Below, one piece after another: positions 9,901-19,129 of a stretch of DNA of 64,000 bases (its first letter is position 1; the number at the start of each line of letters is the position of its first letter). The notes beneath the pieces are model-generated. The model saw nothing but the letters and a program-made list of their open reading frames with translations. It did not search any database and was not told the DNA's origin. This stretch comes from Nitrospirae bacterium JdFR-85 (GTDB lineage: Bacteria > Nitrospirota > Thermodesulfovibrionia > Thermodesulfovibrionales > JdFR-85), in the NCBI GenBank assembly GCA_002011745.1, contig MTOU01000012.1, positions 57,732 through 121,731 on the forward strand, written 5' to 3'. A program made the translations under genes and the position numbers.

Positions 9901-10475
9901 TAGAATTTGACCTTTGGTGTCTCTTTCTCAGCTTCAGGCACTTCATAATACTCTGCCTCAGAGACTCCTGCAAGAGAGGCAAAGAACCTTCCGAAGACTG
10001 TTCTACGGTAGGTGTTGAGCTCTCTTACAGCCTCATTATAACGTCTTCTCTCTACAGCTATACGGTTTTCTGTACCCTCAAGCTGGTCTTGGAGCTTTAG
10101 AAAAGACTCATTGGCTTTAAGTTCAGGATAGGCCTCTCTCAGGAGTAACAGTCTTGAGAGCACCCCTTCCAGTTCACGGGATGCCTTTATCTTGTCAGGT
10201 ACTGTCTTTGCCTGGAAGTATTTTGTCCTTGCCTCTGCAATCTTCTCAAAGAGTTCTCTTTCGTGCTTTGCATATCCCTTCACTGTCTCAACAAGATTGG
10301 GTATCAAGTCATAACGTCTCTTCAGTTGATTCTCCACCTGTGCCCACTGGGCCTTCACCCTCTCATCCATGGCAATAACCTTGTTATACTGACTTACTCC
10401 CCAGCCAATCACAGCAAAACCCAAAATTGCTATAACCACAAATACTATGAGAACACCCTTTAATGCATTGCTCAT
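9900..10475 (-). CDS. lemA: LemA family protein
   Basis: N-terminal TM; QLKRRYDLIPNLVETVKGYAKHE, YPELKA, TENRIAVERRRYN. Confidence 0.93.
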   Translation of the reverse strand: MSNALKGVLIVFVVIAILGFAVIGWGVSQYNKVIAMDERVKAQWAQVENQLKRRYDLIPNLVETVKGYAKHERELFEKIAEARTKYFQAKTVPDKIKASRELEGVLSRLLLLREAYPELKANESFLKLQDQLEGTENRIAVERRRYNEAVRELNTYRRTVFGRFFASLAGVSEAEYYEVPEAEKETPKVKF

Positions 10476-10511
10476 TTTATAACCTCCCTTAATTTATTTT
10501 TTAATTTAAGC

Positions 10512-11288
10512 TTACCAGCCACCAGAAGCACCCCCGCCCCCAAATCCACCTCCCCCACCTCCACCGAATCCGCCAAAGCCTCCTCCACCAAAACCTCCAC
10601 CAGAGTACCAGCCTCCTCTTCTACCAGTGCCAGACAGCAGTAGCATGAGCAGAAACAATCTGGGATGTCTTATAAAAAGCCAAGCTGCAATTATAAAAAA
10701 TAGTACTCCTGCCACAGCCTCTAAAACACCCGCTTTCCTTTTCTGTACCTGGACAACCCTCATCCCTTCTGGAATACTCAAGGTCACGCCTTCGGAGCTT
10801 GCTATTCTTTCCGCTATTGTTATTGTAGCCTTTAGGATACCTTCAGAGAACTTTCCCTGTCTGAAATAGGGAACAAAGTATCTCCTTCCCAGAGTGCCTA
10901 CAAAGCCATCAGGCAGTATCTCCTCTAAGCCATAACCTATCTCAAAACGGTACTTTCTGTCTCTGAGAGATACAGTAATAATCACACCATTGTCTTTGTC
11001 CTTCTGACCAATCTTCCACTTTTCTGCCAGTCTAATAGAGAAATCTTCAATACTTTCACCCTCAAGGCTCAATATAGTGAGTATTACAATCTGGGCTGTG
11101 GTCTTTCTCTCAAGCTCGCCCAAGTAGAGATTAAGGGTCCTTTCTACATCTGGTGTGATGATATTGGCAAGATCCATAACATAGGCATATGGCCTTTCAG
11201 GCACCTCAGGCACTACTGCATCTGCAGTGTTTATAGTGAACAGAACAGAAAAGATAAAAAACAGGAGAGTCTTTCTAAGAAAGTTCAT
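10512..11288 (-). CDS. TPM domain (YgcG-like) membrane protein
   Basis: YVMDLA, WKIGQKDKDNG, EIGYGLE, TM plus Gly-rich tail GGGGASGGW; signal peptide starts at ATG 11288. Confidence 0.88.
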   Translation of the reverse strand: MNFLRKTLLFFIFSVLFTINTADAVVPEVPERPYAYVMDLANIITPDVERTLNLYLGELERKTTAQIVILTILSLEGESIEDFSIRLAEKWKIGQKDKDNGVIITVSLRDRKYRFEIGYGLEEILPDGFVGTLGRRYFVPYFRQGKFSEGILKATITIAERIASSEGVTLSIPEGMRVVQVQKRKAGVLEAVAGVLFFIIAAWLFIRHPRLFLLMLLLSGTGRRGGWYSGGGFGGGGFGGFGGGGGGGFGGGGASGGW

Positions 11289-12000
11289 CCACAATTCTGC
11301 CAAGCCTTTCTGTTGATATATAATATTCTTCAAAATACCTGTCAAGTTCATCTTTTCCAGGAGATATTCTCCCTTTCTTAAGCATAAATATCTTTTCATA
11401 TATAAGACAGTTGACCTTTGTAATCTCTTCTAACTTTTTAATTACCTCCAGAGATGCCACAGGCACCTCCTCTCCAAAGAGTGATATAATTGCCCTGAAA
11501 AGGGGAATATATCCCTTTATAGAATTTTTCAGATTTTCAACAAGCAGTCTCCTATCACCCATTGTAGAAATATAACCCTGCCTTAGCCAAATGAGTTTTG
11601 TCTTCAGTTCCCTCTCTACCTGAAGCCTCATATGTCTATTCTCAATAGAGAGGTCTTTCAGAAGATCTTCGCCATACACAGTCTCGTGTATAAGTTTGAA
11701 ATTAAAGAACTCTATTGGAAAGACATCAAGAGAATTTTGTATATACTCTGGGGTCATTATTAAAGGTGCAGCAACACTTCTCTTTTTGTATTTTCTGCCA
11801 AGGGGAGCCAAAAACTCTACAAAACCGAGATTCATCTCTTTGAGAACCACTATTGAATTGATATCAGAGGTCTTTTCATCATAATCAGGAGTTAGACAGC
11901 TTCCCACAATATGGACAGAATGAATCTCCTCTCTGTAGGATTCTAGAATCTCCTTCAGAAAGGGTTCAAATACCTTTTTTATACTCTCCCTCACAGCCAT
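11275..12000 (-). CDS. Pol-beta-like nucleotidyltransferase-fold protein
   Basis: VGS...SDIN motif, DVFPIEF; first gene of the NTase-TPM-lemA unit. Confidence 0.65.
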   Translation of the reverse strand: MAVRESIKKVFEPFLKEILESYREEIHSVHIVGSCLTPDYDEKTSDINSIVVLKEMNLGFVEFLAPLGRKYKKRSVAAPLIMTPEYIQNSLDVFPIEFFNFKLIHETVYGEDLLKDLSIENRHMRLQVERELKTKLIWLRQGYISTMGDRRLLVENLKNSIKGYIPLFRAIISLFGEEVPVASLEVIKKLEEITKVNCLIYEKIFMLKKGRISPGKDELDRYFEEYYISTERLGRIVDELS

Positions 12001-12008
12001 AAAATTAT

Positions 12009-12038
12009 ATCATATTGGAGTTTCTATACTACTGTCAA
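12009..12038 (-). promoter_or_regulatory. Sigma-70-type promoter, leaderless-type
   Basis: TTGACA-N18-TATGAT ending 8 nt before ATG 12000; no SD. Confidence 0.55.
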
Positions 12039-12108
12039 TACATTCTAAATTTTTAGCCCAGCTTTCTATTTGTTAAAAAACCCTCTTTCAGGTTAAAATT
12101 ATAATTCT

Positions 12109-12834
12109 ATGGAAGAAAGAATTCAGAAAATTCTATCAAGAATGGGTATCGCCTCAAGGCGGAAGGCAGAGGAGATGATACGTGAGGGTAGGGTGACTGT
12201 AAATGGTCAGATCGCTACCTTAGGGATGAAGGCTGATCCTGACAGGGACCATATCAAAGTTGATGGAAAACTTCTTATCAGACCAGAGCCAAAGGCATAT
12301 ATTATCATGAATAAGCCGAAAGGTGTTCTTACCACCCTTGAGGATCCAGAGGGAAGACCTACTGTTAAGGAATTGCTGAAAGGGGTGAAATTCAGGGTTT
12401 ATCCTGTAGGCAGGCTGGATTTTAATTCTGAAGGACTGTTGATCTTTACAAATGATGGTGAGCTTGCATACAGGTTGATTCATCCCAAATTCAAGGTTCC
12501 AAAAACATATCTTGTGAAGGTAAAGGGTATTGTGGAGGAGAAGAAGCTTGATTTGCTGAGGAAGGGTATTAAACTGGAAGAAGGTATTACAGCACCAGCA
12601 GATATTAAAAAGGTCTTTATGCCAAAAACAAAAAACAATACATGGCTTGAGATAACCATCTATGAGGGCAAAAAGAGACAGATCAGAAGGATGTTTGAGA
12701 AGATCAGGCATCCTGTGCTTAAGTTAAAGAGGATAAGGATTGATGGTATTGAACTGGGCAGACTCGAGCCTGGACAGTGGAGATATCTTACTCCCACAGA
12801 GGTTAAACGATTGAAGGCATCAGTTGGATTATAA
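12109..12834 (+). CDS. rluB: rRNA pseudouridine synthase (RluB/RsuA family)
   Basis: S4 domain ERIQKILS..SRRKAE; PVGRLD; EGKKRQIRRM. Confidence 0.9.
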   Translation: MEERIQKILSRMGIASRRKAEEMIREGRVTVNGQIATLGMKADPDRDHIKVDGKLLIRPEPKAYIIMNKPKGVLTTLEDPEGRPTVKELLKGVKFRVYPVGRLDFNSEGLLIFTNDGELAYRLIHPKFKVPKTYLVKVKGIVEEKKLDLLRKGIKLEEGITAPADIKKVFMPKTKNNTWLEITIYEGKKRQIRRMFEKIRHPVLKLKRIRIDGIELGRLEPGQWRYLTPTEVKRLKASVGL

Positions 12835-12883
12835 TAAATGTTGAGGTTTATCTGACCTTAAGATATAAGAAGGAGGTGTCTTG

Positions 12884-14656
12884 ATGTACAGAGACAAGGG
12901 ATGTGGTGAGGTAGAAGAGGCAGATATAGGTAAGATACTGACCCTTTCAGGATGGGTGTTCCGTAGAAGAGATCATGGAGGACTTATATTTATTGACCTG
13001 AGGGACCGTAGCGGGATATTCCAGGTAGTATTCTCTCCAGATGTATCAGGTGATGCACATGAGCTTGCCCATTCCCTAAGGGCAGAATATGTAATTCAGG
13101 TTAAGGGAGAGGTGAGGAGGAGACCAGAAGGTACTGAGAATCCAGATATACCAACAGGCAATATTGAGATGTATGTCTCAGAATTAACAGTTCTCTCAAA
13201 AGCTGAGCCACTTCCATTTATGCTTGATGAGCCAAAGGAGGTCTCGGAGTCATTGAGGTTGAAATACAGGTATCTTGACCTGAGAAGACCTGAGATGCTC
13301 AGGAATTTACAGATGAGACATAGAGTGACAAAACTGATCAGGGATTTTCTTGACAGTAGAGGTTTTCTTGAAATAGAGACTCCCATGCTCACAAAGTCTA
13401 CCCCTGAAGGGGCGAGAGATTATCTCGTGCCGAGTCGTGTCAATCCCGGGCATTTCTATGCCCTTCCCCAGTCTCCCCAGTTATTTAAACAGATACTGAT
13501 GGTGTCTGGAGTGGAGAGGTACTTCCAGATTGTGAAATGTTTCAGGGATGAAGACCTGAGGGCTGATCGTCAACCAGAGTTTACCCAGATCGATATGGAG
13601 ATGTCTTTTGTGGAGACAGATGATGTTATTGCAGTAGTGGAAGAGATGCTTTATTATGCTTTTAAAGAGGCATTGGGGGTAGAGATAGACATTCCTATGC
13701 AGAGGCTAACTTTCAGAGAAGCTATGGAGAGATACGGTACAGACAAACCTGACCTCAGATTTGGGCTTGAACTCGTAGAAATGGAAGACCTTGCAAAGGA
13801 GGGTAACTTTAAGGTGTTCCTCAATAGTCTTGAAGAGGGGGGACGTGTGAAGGCTATCTGCGGGAAGGGACTGGCAGGGCTTTCAAGAAAGGAGATTGAT
13901 CTTTTAACCGAAGAGGCACAGTCTTATGGTGCAAAGGGGCTTGCATGGATAAAGATAAAGGATGGATTTGAGTCTCCCATAACAAAGTTCTTCCCTCAGG
14001 GGGTGCTCGAGGAGATGGCCAGAAGACTCGGTGCTGAAGAGGGAGATATGATGCTTTTTGTTGCTGATAAGGAGGATGTGGTTCTTGATGTACTTGGCAG
14101 ACTCAGGCTCTCCATTGCTAAAAGACAAGATCTGATAAAAGATGGATTCAGATTTGTATGGATTGTGGATTATCCACTGCTTGAGTGGGATGATGAAGAG
14201 GACAGATTTCAGGCAATGCACCATCCCTTCACATCTCCCAAGGAAGAAGACATACCAAAGATGCTTAAGGGAGATATTGAGGACAAAGAGTTGCTTGCTT
14301 CGCTCAAGGCAAAGGCATATGATATTGTATTGAATGGGTATGAGATTGGTGGAGGGAGTATCAGAATCCACAGGCCTGACCTGCAGAAAAGGATGTTTGA
14401 GATACTCAGAATCTCTGAAGATGAAGCCCAGATGAAGTTTGGTTTTCTACTTAATGCATTGAGGTTTGGGGCGCCACCTCATGGAGGAATAGCCCTGGGC
14501 CTTGACAGACTTATTATGTTGATGATAGGGGAGGACAGTATCAGAGATGTAATAGCATTTCCAAAGACCCAGAAGGCAGTATGTCTGCTCAGTGGTGCTC
14601 CATCACCTGTAGAGGAGAAGCAATTAAAGGAGTTACATATAAGGCTGGATATATAA
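12884..14656 (+). CDS. aspS: Aspartate--tRNA ligase
   Basis: [51 protein letters not shown]; SD AGGAGG. Confidence 0.98.
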   Translation: MYRDKGCGEVEEADIGKILTLSGWVFRRRDHGGLIFIDLRDRSGIFQVVFSPDVSGDAHELAHSLRAEYVIQVKGEVRRRPEGTENPDIPTGNIEMYVSELTVLSKAEPLPFMLDEPKEVSESLRLKYRYLDLRRPEMLRNLQMRHRVTKLIRDFLDSRGFLEIETPMLTKSTPEGARDYLVPSRVNPGHFYALPQSPQLFKQILMVSGVERYFQIVKCFRDEDLRADRQPEFTQIDMEMSFVETDDVIAVVEEMLYYAFKEALGVEIDIPMQRLTFREAMERYGTDKPDLRFGLELVEMEDLAKEGNFKVFLNSLEEGGRVKAICGKGLAGLSRKEIDLLTEEAQSYGAKGLAWIKIKDGFESPITKFFPQGVLEEMARRLGAEEGDMMLFVADKEDVVLDVLGRLRLSIAKRQDLIKDGFRFVWIVDYPLLEWDDEEDRFQAMHHPFTSPKEEDIPKMLKGDIEDKELLASLKAKAYDIVLNGYEIGGGSIRIHRPDLQKRMFEILRISEDEAQMKFGFLLNALRFGAPPHGGIALGLDRLIMLMIGEDSIRDVIAFPKTQKAVCLLSGAPSPVEEKQLKELHIRLDI

Positions 14657-14669
14657 AGTGAGGTGAAAG

Positions 14670-16442
14670 ATGGTAAAACTCAAGGATCCATTTACAATAA
14701 CAAGAAATAAAGTAATATTTGATTACTCCACTCTTTACTGTGAGACTCCAGAGGCCCTTTTAAGGAGCAACCTTTTTGAGGAGATTGTTAAGAGGTTTGT
14801 GGAGAAGAATGCAACAAAGGGGAGTTCTATCTTTGCCTTTCTGAGCGAATCATTACACTGGCTGTCAAGGGCTGATATACCTAAGGAACTTGTAAAGCTC
14901 TTCAGACTCCTTTTCAGTTATACCTCTGATGAAATATCCTCAATGCATGAGGAATACAGGCCTATCATGTCAGAAAAGGATCAGATGTATGAGCTTGTAG
15001 AAGAGCTCTATAACTACTGGAGAAGGTTTGAGAGGTTTTTCTTCATTGAGGCTCCTGAGAGGTCAAACTTTCCCAAAAGCAGTATCCATCATGCCCAGTT
15101 TATTAAGGCGAATGAGGAATTAAAGAATCTGGTCCTCTATGTATACAGACGTGTGAGTGAGCATATTACAGGAAAGAATCCACGTGTTTACAGACAGCTA
15201 CCCGCAGGAGCCAATATGGGGATGCTTCTTGAGAGGATTCAATGGGACTGTCCAGTAAGATATCTGCCCCTTACTGAAGTGCCTTTTATACGGCTTGCAC
15301 TGATGGAACCCCCTCTTATTCTGTATCCTGAGATGAACAAGAGAAAGGGTAAATTTGTTGAGATACATGAGCCACCTAAGCTCCTCTCTGTAAATAAGAA
15401 AGAGTGGTTCTGTTTCCCTGCCAAGGTAGGAGAGTTGACAGCTTTTATCTACTTCCATCAGGACTTTATATCCCTTGGATTGTCACTCAGTAATCTCTTT
15501 GAGATTGCAGAGTATGAAGAGATATATTCAAAAAGGCCCGATCTTATTCTGGTATTTGGACTAAAGGAGAACTTGCCTTCAAAGACCGTCTTTTATGATG
15601 ACAATGAAAGCAATATTATTATCGGATTCGTAGCACATGACAGAGAGGTTGATTACTTTGGCTATTTTAAGAAGATGACCCTTACCCTGCATAATATTGT
15701 GATGATAAAAAGGGGAAGGTTGCCTGTACATGGGGCAATGGTCTGTCTCAAACTGAAGGGTGGAGAAAGTGCAAATCTGGTTATTGTAGGTGATAGTGGT
15801 GCTGGCAAGTCGGAAACACTGGAGGCATTCAGAGTACTTGCTGAAGAGTATATATGTGAGATGAAGATTATATTTGATGATATGGGCTCTATTGCTCTTG
15901 ATCAACAAGGTAGGGTTGTGGGTTATGGTACAGAGATAGGTGCCTTTGTAAGGCTTGATGATCTTCAGCCAGGGTATGCCTATGAGGAGATAGACCGGAG
16001 TATCTTCATGAATCCTGATAAGACGAATGCCCGTCTGATTATACCCGTAACAAGGTATCACCATGTTATTAAGGGTTATCCCCTTGATTTTATGTTATAT
16101 GCAAACAATTATGAACAAGTGGATGATGACCATCCTCCAGTAGAGTTCTTTGATAGGGTTGAAAAGGCACTGAATGTATTCCGCAGTGGTGCCAGACTTG
16201 CCAAGGGGACGACTGATGAGAAGGGTCTTGTCCATACATATTTTGCCAATCCCTTTGGTGCACCTCAGAGGGAAGAGGAACATGAGAGGCTTGCACAGTA
16301 TTATTTCCAGTTGATGTTTGAGCAGGAGATTCGTGTGGGGCAGATAAGAACGAGACTCGGGATAGAGGGATATGAACAGGAAGGTCCAAAATCTGCAGCC
16401 TTGGCCCTTTTTAATGTGATAAGACAGAAGGCAGGCTGGTAA
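14670..16442 (+). CDS. Atypical phosphoenolpyruvate-carboxykinase-like P-loop protein
   Basis: LPVHGAM, GDSGAGKSE and IFDDMG motifs of the PEPCK/HPr-kinase fold. Confidence 0.65.
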   Translation: MVKLKDPFTITRNKVIFDYSTLYCETPEALLRSNLFEEIVKRFVEKNATKGSSIFAFLSESLHWLSRADIPKELVKLFRLLFSYTSDEISSMHEEYRPIMSEKDQMYELVEELYNYWRRFERFFFIEAPERSNFPKSSIHHAQFIKANEELKNLVLYVYRRVSEHITGKNPRVYRQLPAGANMGMLLERIQWDCPVRYLPLTEVPFIRLALMEPPLILYPEMNKRKGKFVEIHEPPKLLSVNKKEWFCFPAKVGELTAFIYFHQDFISLGLSLSNLFEIAEYEEIYSKRPDLILVFGLKENLPSKTVFYDDNESNIIIGFVAHDREVDYFGYFKKMTLTLHNIVMIKRGRLPVHGAMVCLKLKGGESANLVIVGDSGAGKSETLEAFRVLAEEYICEMKIIFDDMGSIALDQQGRVVGYGTEIGAFVRLDDLQPGYAYEEIDRSIFMNPDKTNARLIIPVTRYHHVIKGYPLDFMLYANNYEQVDDDHPPVEFFDRVEKALNVFRSGARLAKGTTDEKGLVHTYFANPFGAPQREEEHERLAQYYFQLMFEQEIRVGQIRTRLGIEGYEQEGPKSAALALFNVIRQKAGW

Positions 16443-16454
16443 AAGGAGCTGATT

Positions 16455-18311
16455 ATGAAGATTACCCTCACTGACGGTAGAGTTTTAGATATCAAAGAGG
16501 GAGAGACTCTGTATGAGGCATTCACCCGTCAAGAGGTCTATCTCACAGCCTCCTGTGGCGGGAAAGGGGTTTGTGGAAAATGTAAGGTGAGGATAATAGA
16601 GGGTGATTTTGAGTGTCGTAACTATGGAAAGCTAACACAGGAGGAGAAACAAGAGGGGATTGTTCTTGCCTGCCAAAGCGTTGTCCATTCTGATCTTTTC
16701 ATAGAGATTCCCGAAGAGTCAAAACTGATTATCGGAGACAAGATTGCCATTTCCCGTACAAAGGATCTTTACAGAATACTGCAGGAGTATGGAGTGGAGC
16801 TCTCGCCGCTTGTCAGCAGATTGAGTCTTCAACTCCATCATCCCACTCTTGATGATAATCTGGGAGATCTTGAACGTATCAAGAGAGAGCTTCAGACTCA
16901 TGGATTGTTGCTCAGGTTCCCAAAGAGGTTTGTGGATACCCTTGCAGAGCAGCTCAGAAGCAACAACTGGTCAGTTAATCTCTGCTGGCAAAAAGACAAC
17001 AATGAGGCCCTTTATCTGGAGCCTCAAATACAGAAGAAGAGCTATGGCCTTGCAGTGGATATTGGTACCACCACAGTTGTAGTTTATCTTGTAGATACAG
17101 AAACTGGAGAAGTCCTGGATGTGGGTTCTACATATAATTCTCAAATCCGTTATGGTGACGATGTGATCACAAGAATAGTGAATGCAACAGAAGGGGGTCT
17201 GCTTTCAGAACTCAGACGTGCAGTGGTGACTGATATTAATGACCTGCTTGAGGCGATCCTGAAAAGAAAAGGGATCAGAAGAAATGAAGTGGAATCTATG
17301 GTTGTTTCTGGTAATACCACCATGAGTCATCTTTTCTGGGGATTCAATCCAGAGAATATAAGGCTTGAGCCCTATATACCTACTGTAAATATATTTCCTG
17401 TCTGGTATGCACGTGATGCAGGTGTGAAGATAAACCCTGATGCTCCTGTTTATACCCTCCCCTCTGTTGCCAGTTATGTAGGAGGAGATATTGTCTCAGG
17501 TGTGCTTGCCACAGGCATGCATCGTAGGGCTGAACTCTCTCTATTTATGGATATTGGAACAAACGGAGAGATTGTTGTAGGAAACAATGAGTGGCTGATG
17601 ACTGCTGCCTGCTCTGCAGGACCTTGCTTTGAAGGCAGTGGTATAAAATATGGGATGAGGGCTACAGAGGGTGCGATCGAGTCTGTCAGTATTGATCCCG
17701 AGACATTGGAGCCAAAGATAAAGGTCATAGGAGACAGAAAGCCTATAGGAATCTGTGGTTCTGGAATGATTGACGCAGTTGCTGAGATGCTTCTTAAGGG
17801 TGTAATAGACCAGAAGGGAAACTTACAGGATGCTCCAAGAGTGAGAGAGGGTGAAGAAGGGCCTGAGTACCTCTTTTATGCTGACTCTGGCAAAGAGATT
17901 GTACTTACACAGGCTGACCTTGATAATCTTATCAGGGCAAAGGGGGCAATCTATGCAGGAGTTTCTCTTCTCCTTAAAGAGGTAGGATTGGATGTTGAGA
18001 TGATTGAGAAGGTATATATTGCTGGAGGATTTGGAAATTATATTGATGTGAAAAAGGCGATAATAATGGGGATGCTTCCTGATATACCTGAGGAGAGGTT
18101 TCATTTTGTTGGTAATACCTCTGTGGCGGGTGCCTATCTCTGTCTTCTCTCAGAGGATATGAGGAAGGAGGCAGAGAGGGTGGCATCTATGATGACATAT
18201 GTGGAGTTGTCAATGAAGTCCAATTATATGGATGAGTTTATGTCTGCCCTGTTTCTTCCTCATACGGATATATCCCTTTTTCCCTCTGTAAAAGAAAGGT
18301 TGAAAATATAA
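16455..18311 (+). CDS. ASKHA-domain corrinoid reductive activator (RACo/AcsV, DUF4445) with N-terminal 2Fe-2S ferredoxin
   Basis: CGGKGVCGKC..LACQ; DIGTTT; DIGTNGE; GICGSG; AGGFG. Confidence 0.9.
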   Translation: MKITLTDGRVLDIKEGETLYEAFTRQEVYLTASCGGKGVCGKCKVRIIEGDFECRNYGKLTQEEKQEGIVLACQSVVHSDLFIEIPEESKLIIGDKIAISRTKDLYRILQEYGVELSPLVSRLSLQLHHPTLDDNLGDLERIKRELQTHGLLLRFPKRFVDTLAEQLRSNNWSVNLCWQKDNNEALYLEPQIQKKSYGLAVDIGTTTVVVYLVDTETGEVLDVGSTYNSQIRYGDDVITRIVNATEGGLLSELRRAVVTDINDLLEAILKRKGIRRNEVESMVVSGNTTMSHLFWGFNPENIRLEPYIPTVNIFPVWYARDAGVKINPDAPVYTLPSVASYVGGDIVSGVLATGMHRRAELSLFMDIGTNGEIVVGNNEWLMTAACSAGPCFEGSGIKYGMRATEGAIESVSIDPETLEPKIKVIGDRKPIGICGSGMIDAVAEMLLKGVIDQKGNLQDAPRVREGEEGPEYLFYADSGKEIVLTQADLDNLIRAKGAIYAGVSLLLKEVGLDVEMIEKVYIAGGFGNYIDVKKAIIMGMLPDIPEERFHFVGNTSVAGAYLCLLSEDMRKEAERVASMMTYVELSMKSNYMDEFMSALFLPHTDISLFPSVKERLKI

Positions 18312-18325
18312 AATGTTTTCGTATT

Positions 18326-18355
18326 TTGTCATTCTCTCTCCTGTTATGCTATAAT
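18326..18355 (+). promoter_or_regulatory. Sigma-70 promoter of thyX, leaderless-type
   Basis: TTGTCA-N18-TATAAT with TG extension; ATG follows 7 nt later; no SD. Confidence 0.65.
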
Positions 18356-18362
18356 CCCCTCC

Positions 18363-19097
18363 ATGAGGGAGGCCACCCTTAAAGTAATCCTTTTAAGACA
18401 TACTCCTGAGCCAGAAGAGACGATTGCTATGGCAGCAAAACTCTGCTATAGCCCTTCAGATGTGGAGACATTAAAAGAAAGAATCAGAAGGAAGGACCAG
18501 AAAGAATTTGTAAAAAAACTTATGAAGATGGGACACCTAAGCCCTGTAGAACATGCCTCCTTTACCTTTGCCATAGAGGGGATTTCAAGGGCCTGCTCTC
18601 ATCAGCTGGTCAGACATAGGATCGCCTCCTATAGTCAACAGTCCCAGAGGTATGTGAGTGAGACAGCAGGATTTGACTATATTGTGCCTCCCATAATAAA
18701 GGAGGATCCAGAACTTGAAAGGTATTTTCATAAATTTATGGAGAAGGCACAGGAGGCATATAACCATATTGTGGAGAAATTAAATGAAAGAGGGATAAAA
18801 GGAGAGGCAGCCAACCAGGATGCGAGATTTGTATTGCCTAATGCATGTGAAACAAAGATTATGGTTACCATGAATGCGAGAGAACTGCTGCATTTCTTTA
18901 GACAGCGATGCTGCCTCAGGGCACAGTGGGAGATAAGGAGACTGGCAGAGGAGATGTTGAAGATTGTAAAGGGCATTGCCCCCACAGTGTTTGAAAAGGC
19001 AGGACCTGCTTGTATCTCTGGTCCATGCCCTGAGGGAGAGTATTCTTGTGGAAAAATAAAAGAGGTGCGCAGAAGATATAAAACAGAATTTTCTTGA
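18363..19097 (+). CDS. thyX: FAD-dependent thymidylate synthase
   Basis: GHLSPVEH, HQLVRHRIASYSQQSQRY, AQWEIR. Confidence 0.97.
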   Translation: MREATLKVILLRHTPEPEETIAMAAKLCYSPSDVETLKERIRRKDQKEFVKKLMKMGHLSPVEHASFTFAIEGISRACSHQLVRHRIASYSQQSQRYVSETAGFDYIVPPIIKEDPELERYFHKFMEKAQEAYNHIVEKLNERGIKGEAANQDARFVLPNACETKIMVTMNARELLHFFRQRCCLRAQWEIRRLAEEMLKIVKGIAPTVFEKAGPACISGPCPEGEYSCGKIKEVRRRYKTEFS

Positions 19098-19122
19098 CAA
19101 AAGCCTAAAAATGTTATATAAA
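19094..19122 (+). promoter_or_regulatory. Sigma-70 promoter of the pilT-like gene, leaderless-type
   Basis: TTGACA-N17-TATAAA; ATG follows 7 nt later; no SD. Confidence 0.6.
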
Positions 19123-19129
19123 GAAATTA

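Noticed and set aside
9900-10475. LemA as magnetosome protein MamQ
   Set aside because: Generic LemA in a TPM context; no other mam/mad genes in the window
10512-10625. GC-rich repetitive tract
   Set aside because: It encodes the normal Gly-rich tail of TPM proteins, not a DNA repeat element
11289-11399. N-terminal extension of the TPM ORF from 11399
   Set aside because: It overlaps the upstream gene extensively, and the signal peptide begins at ATG 11288
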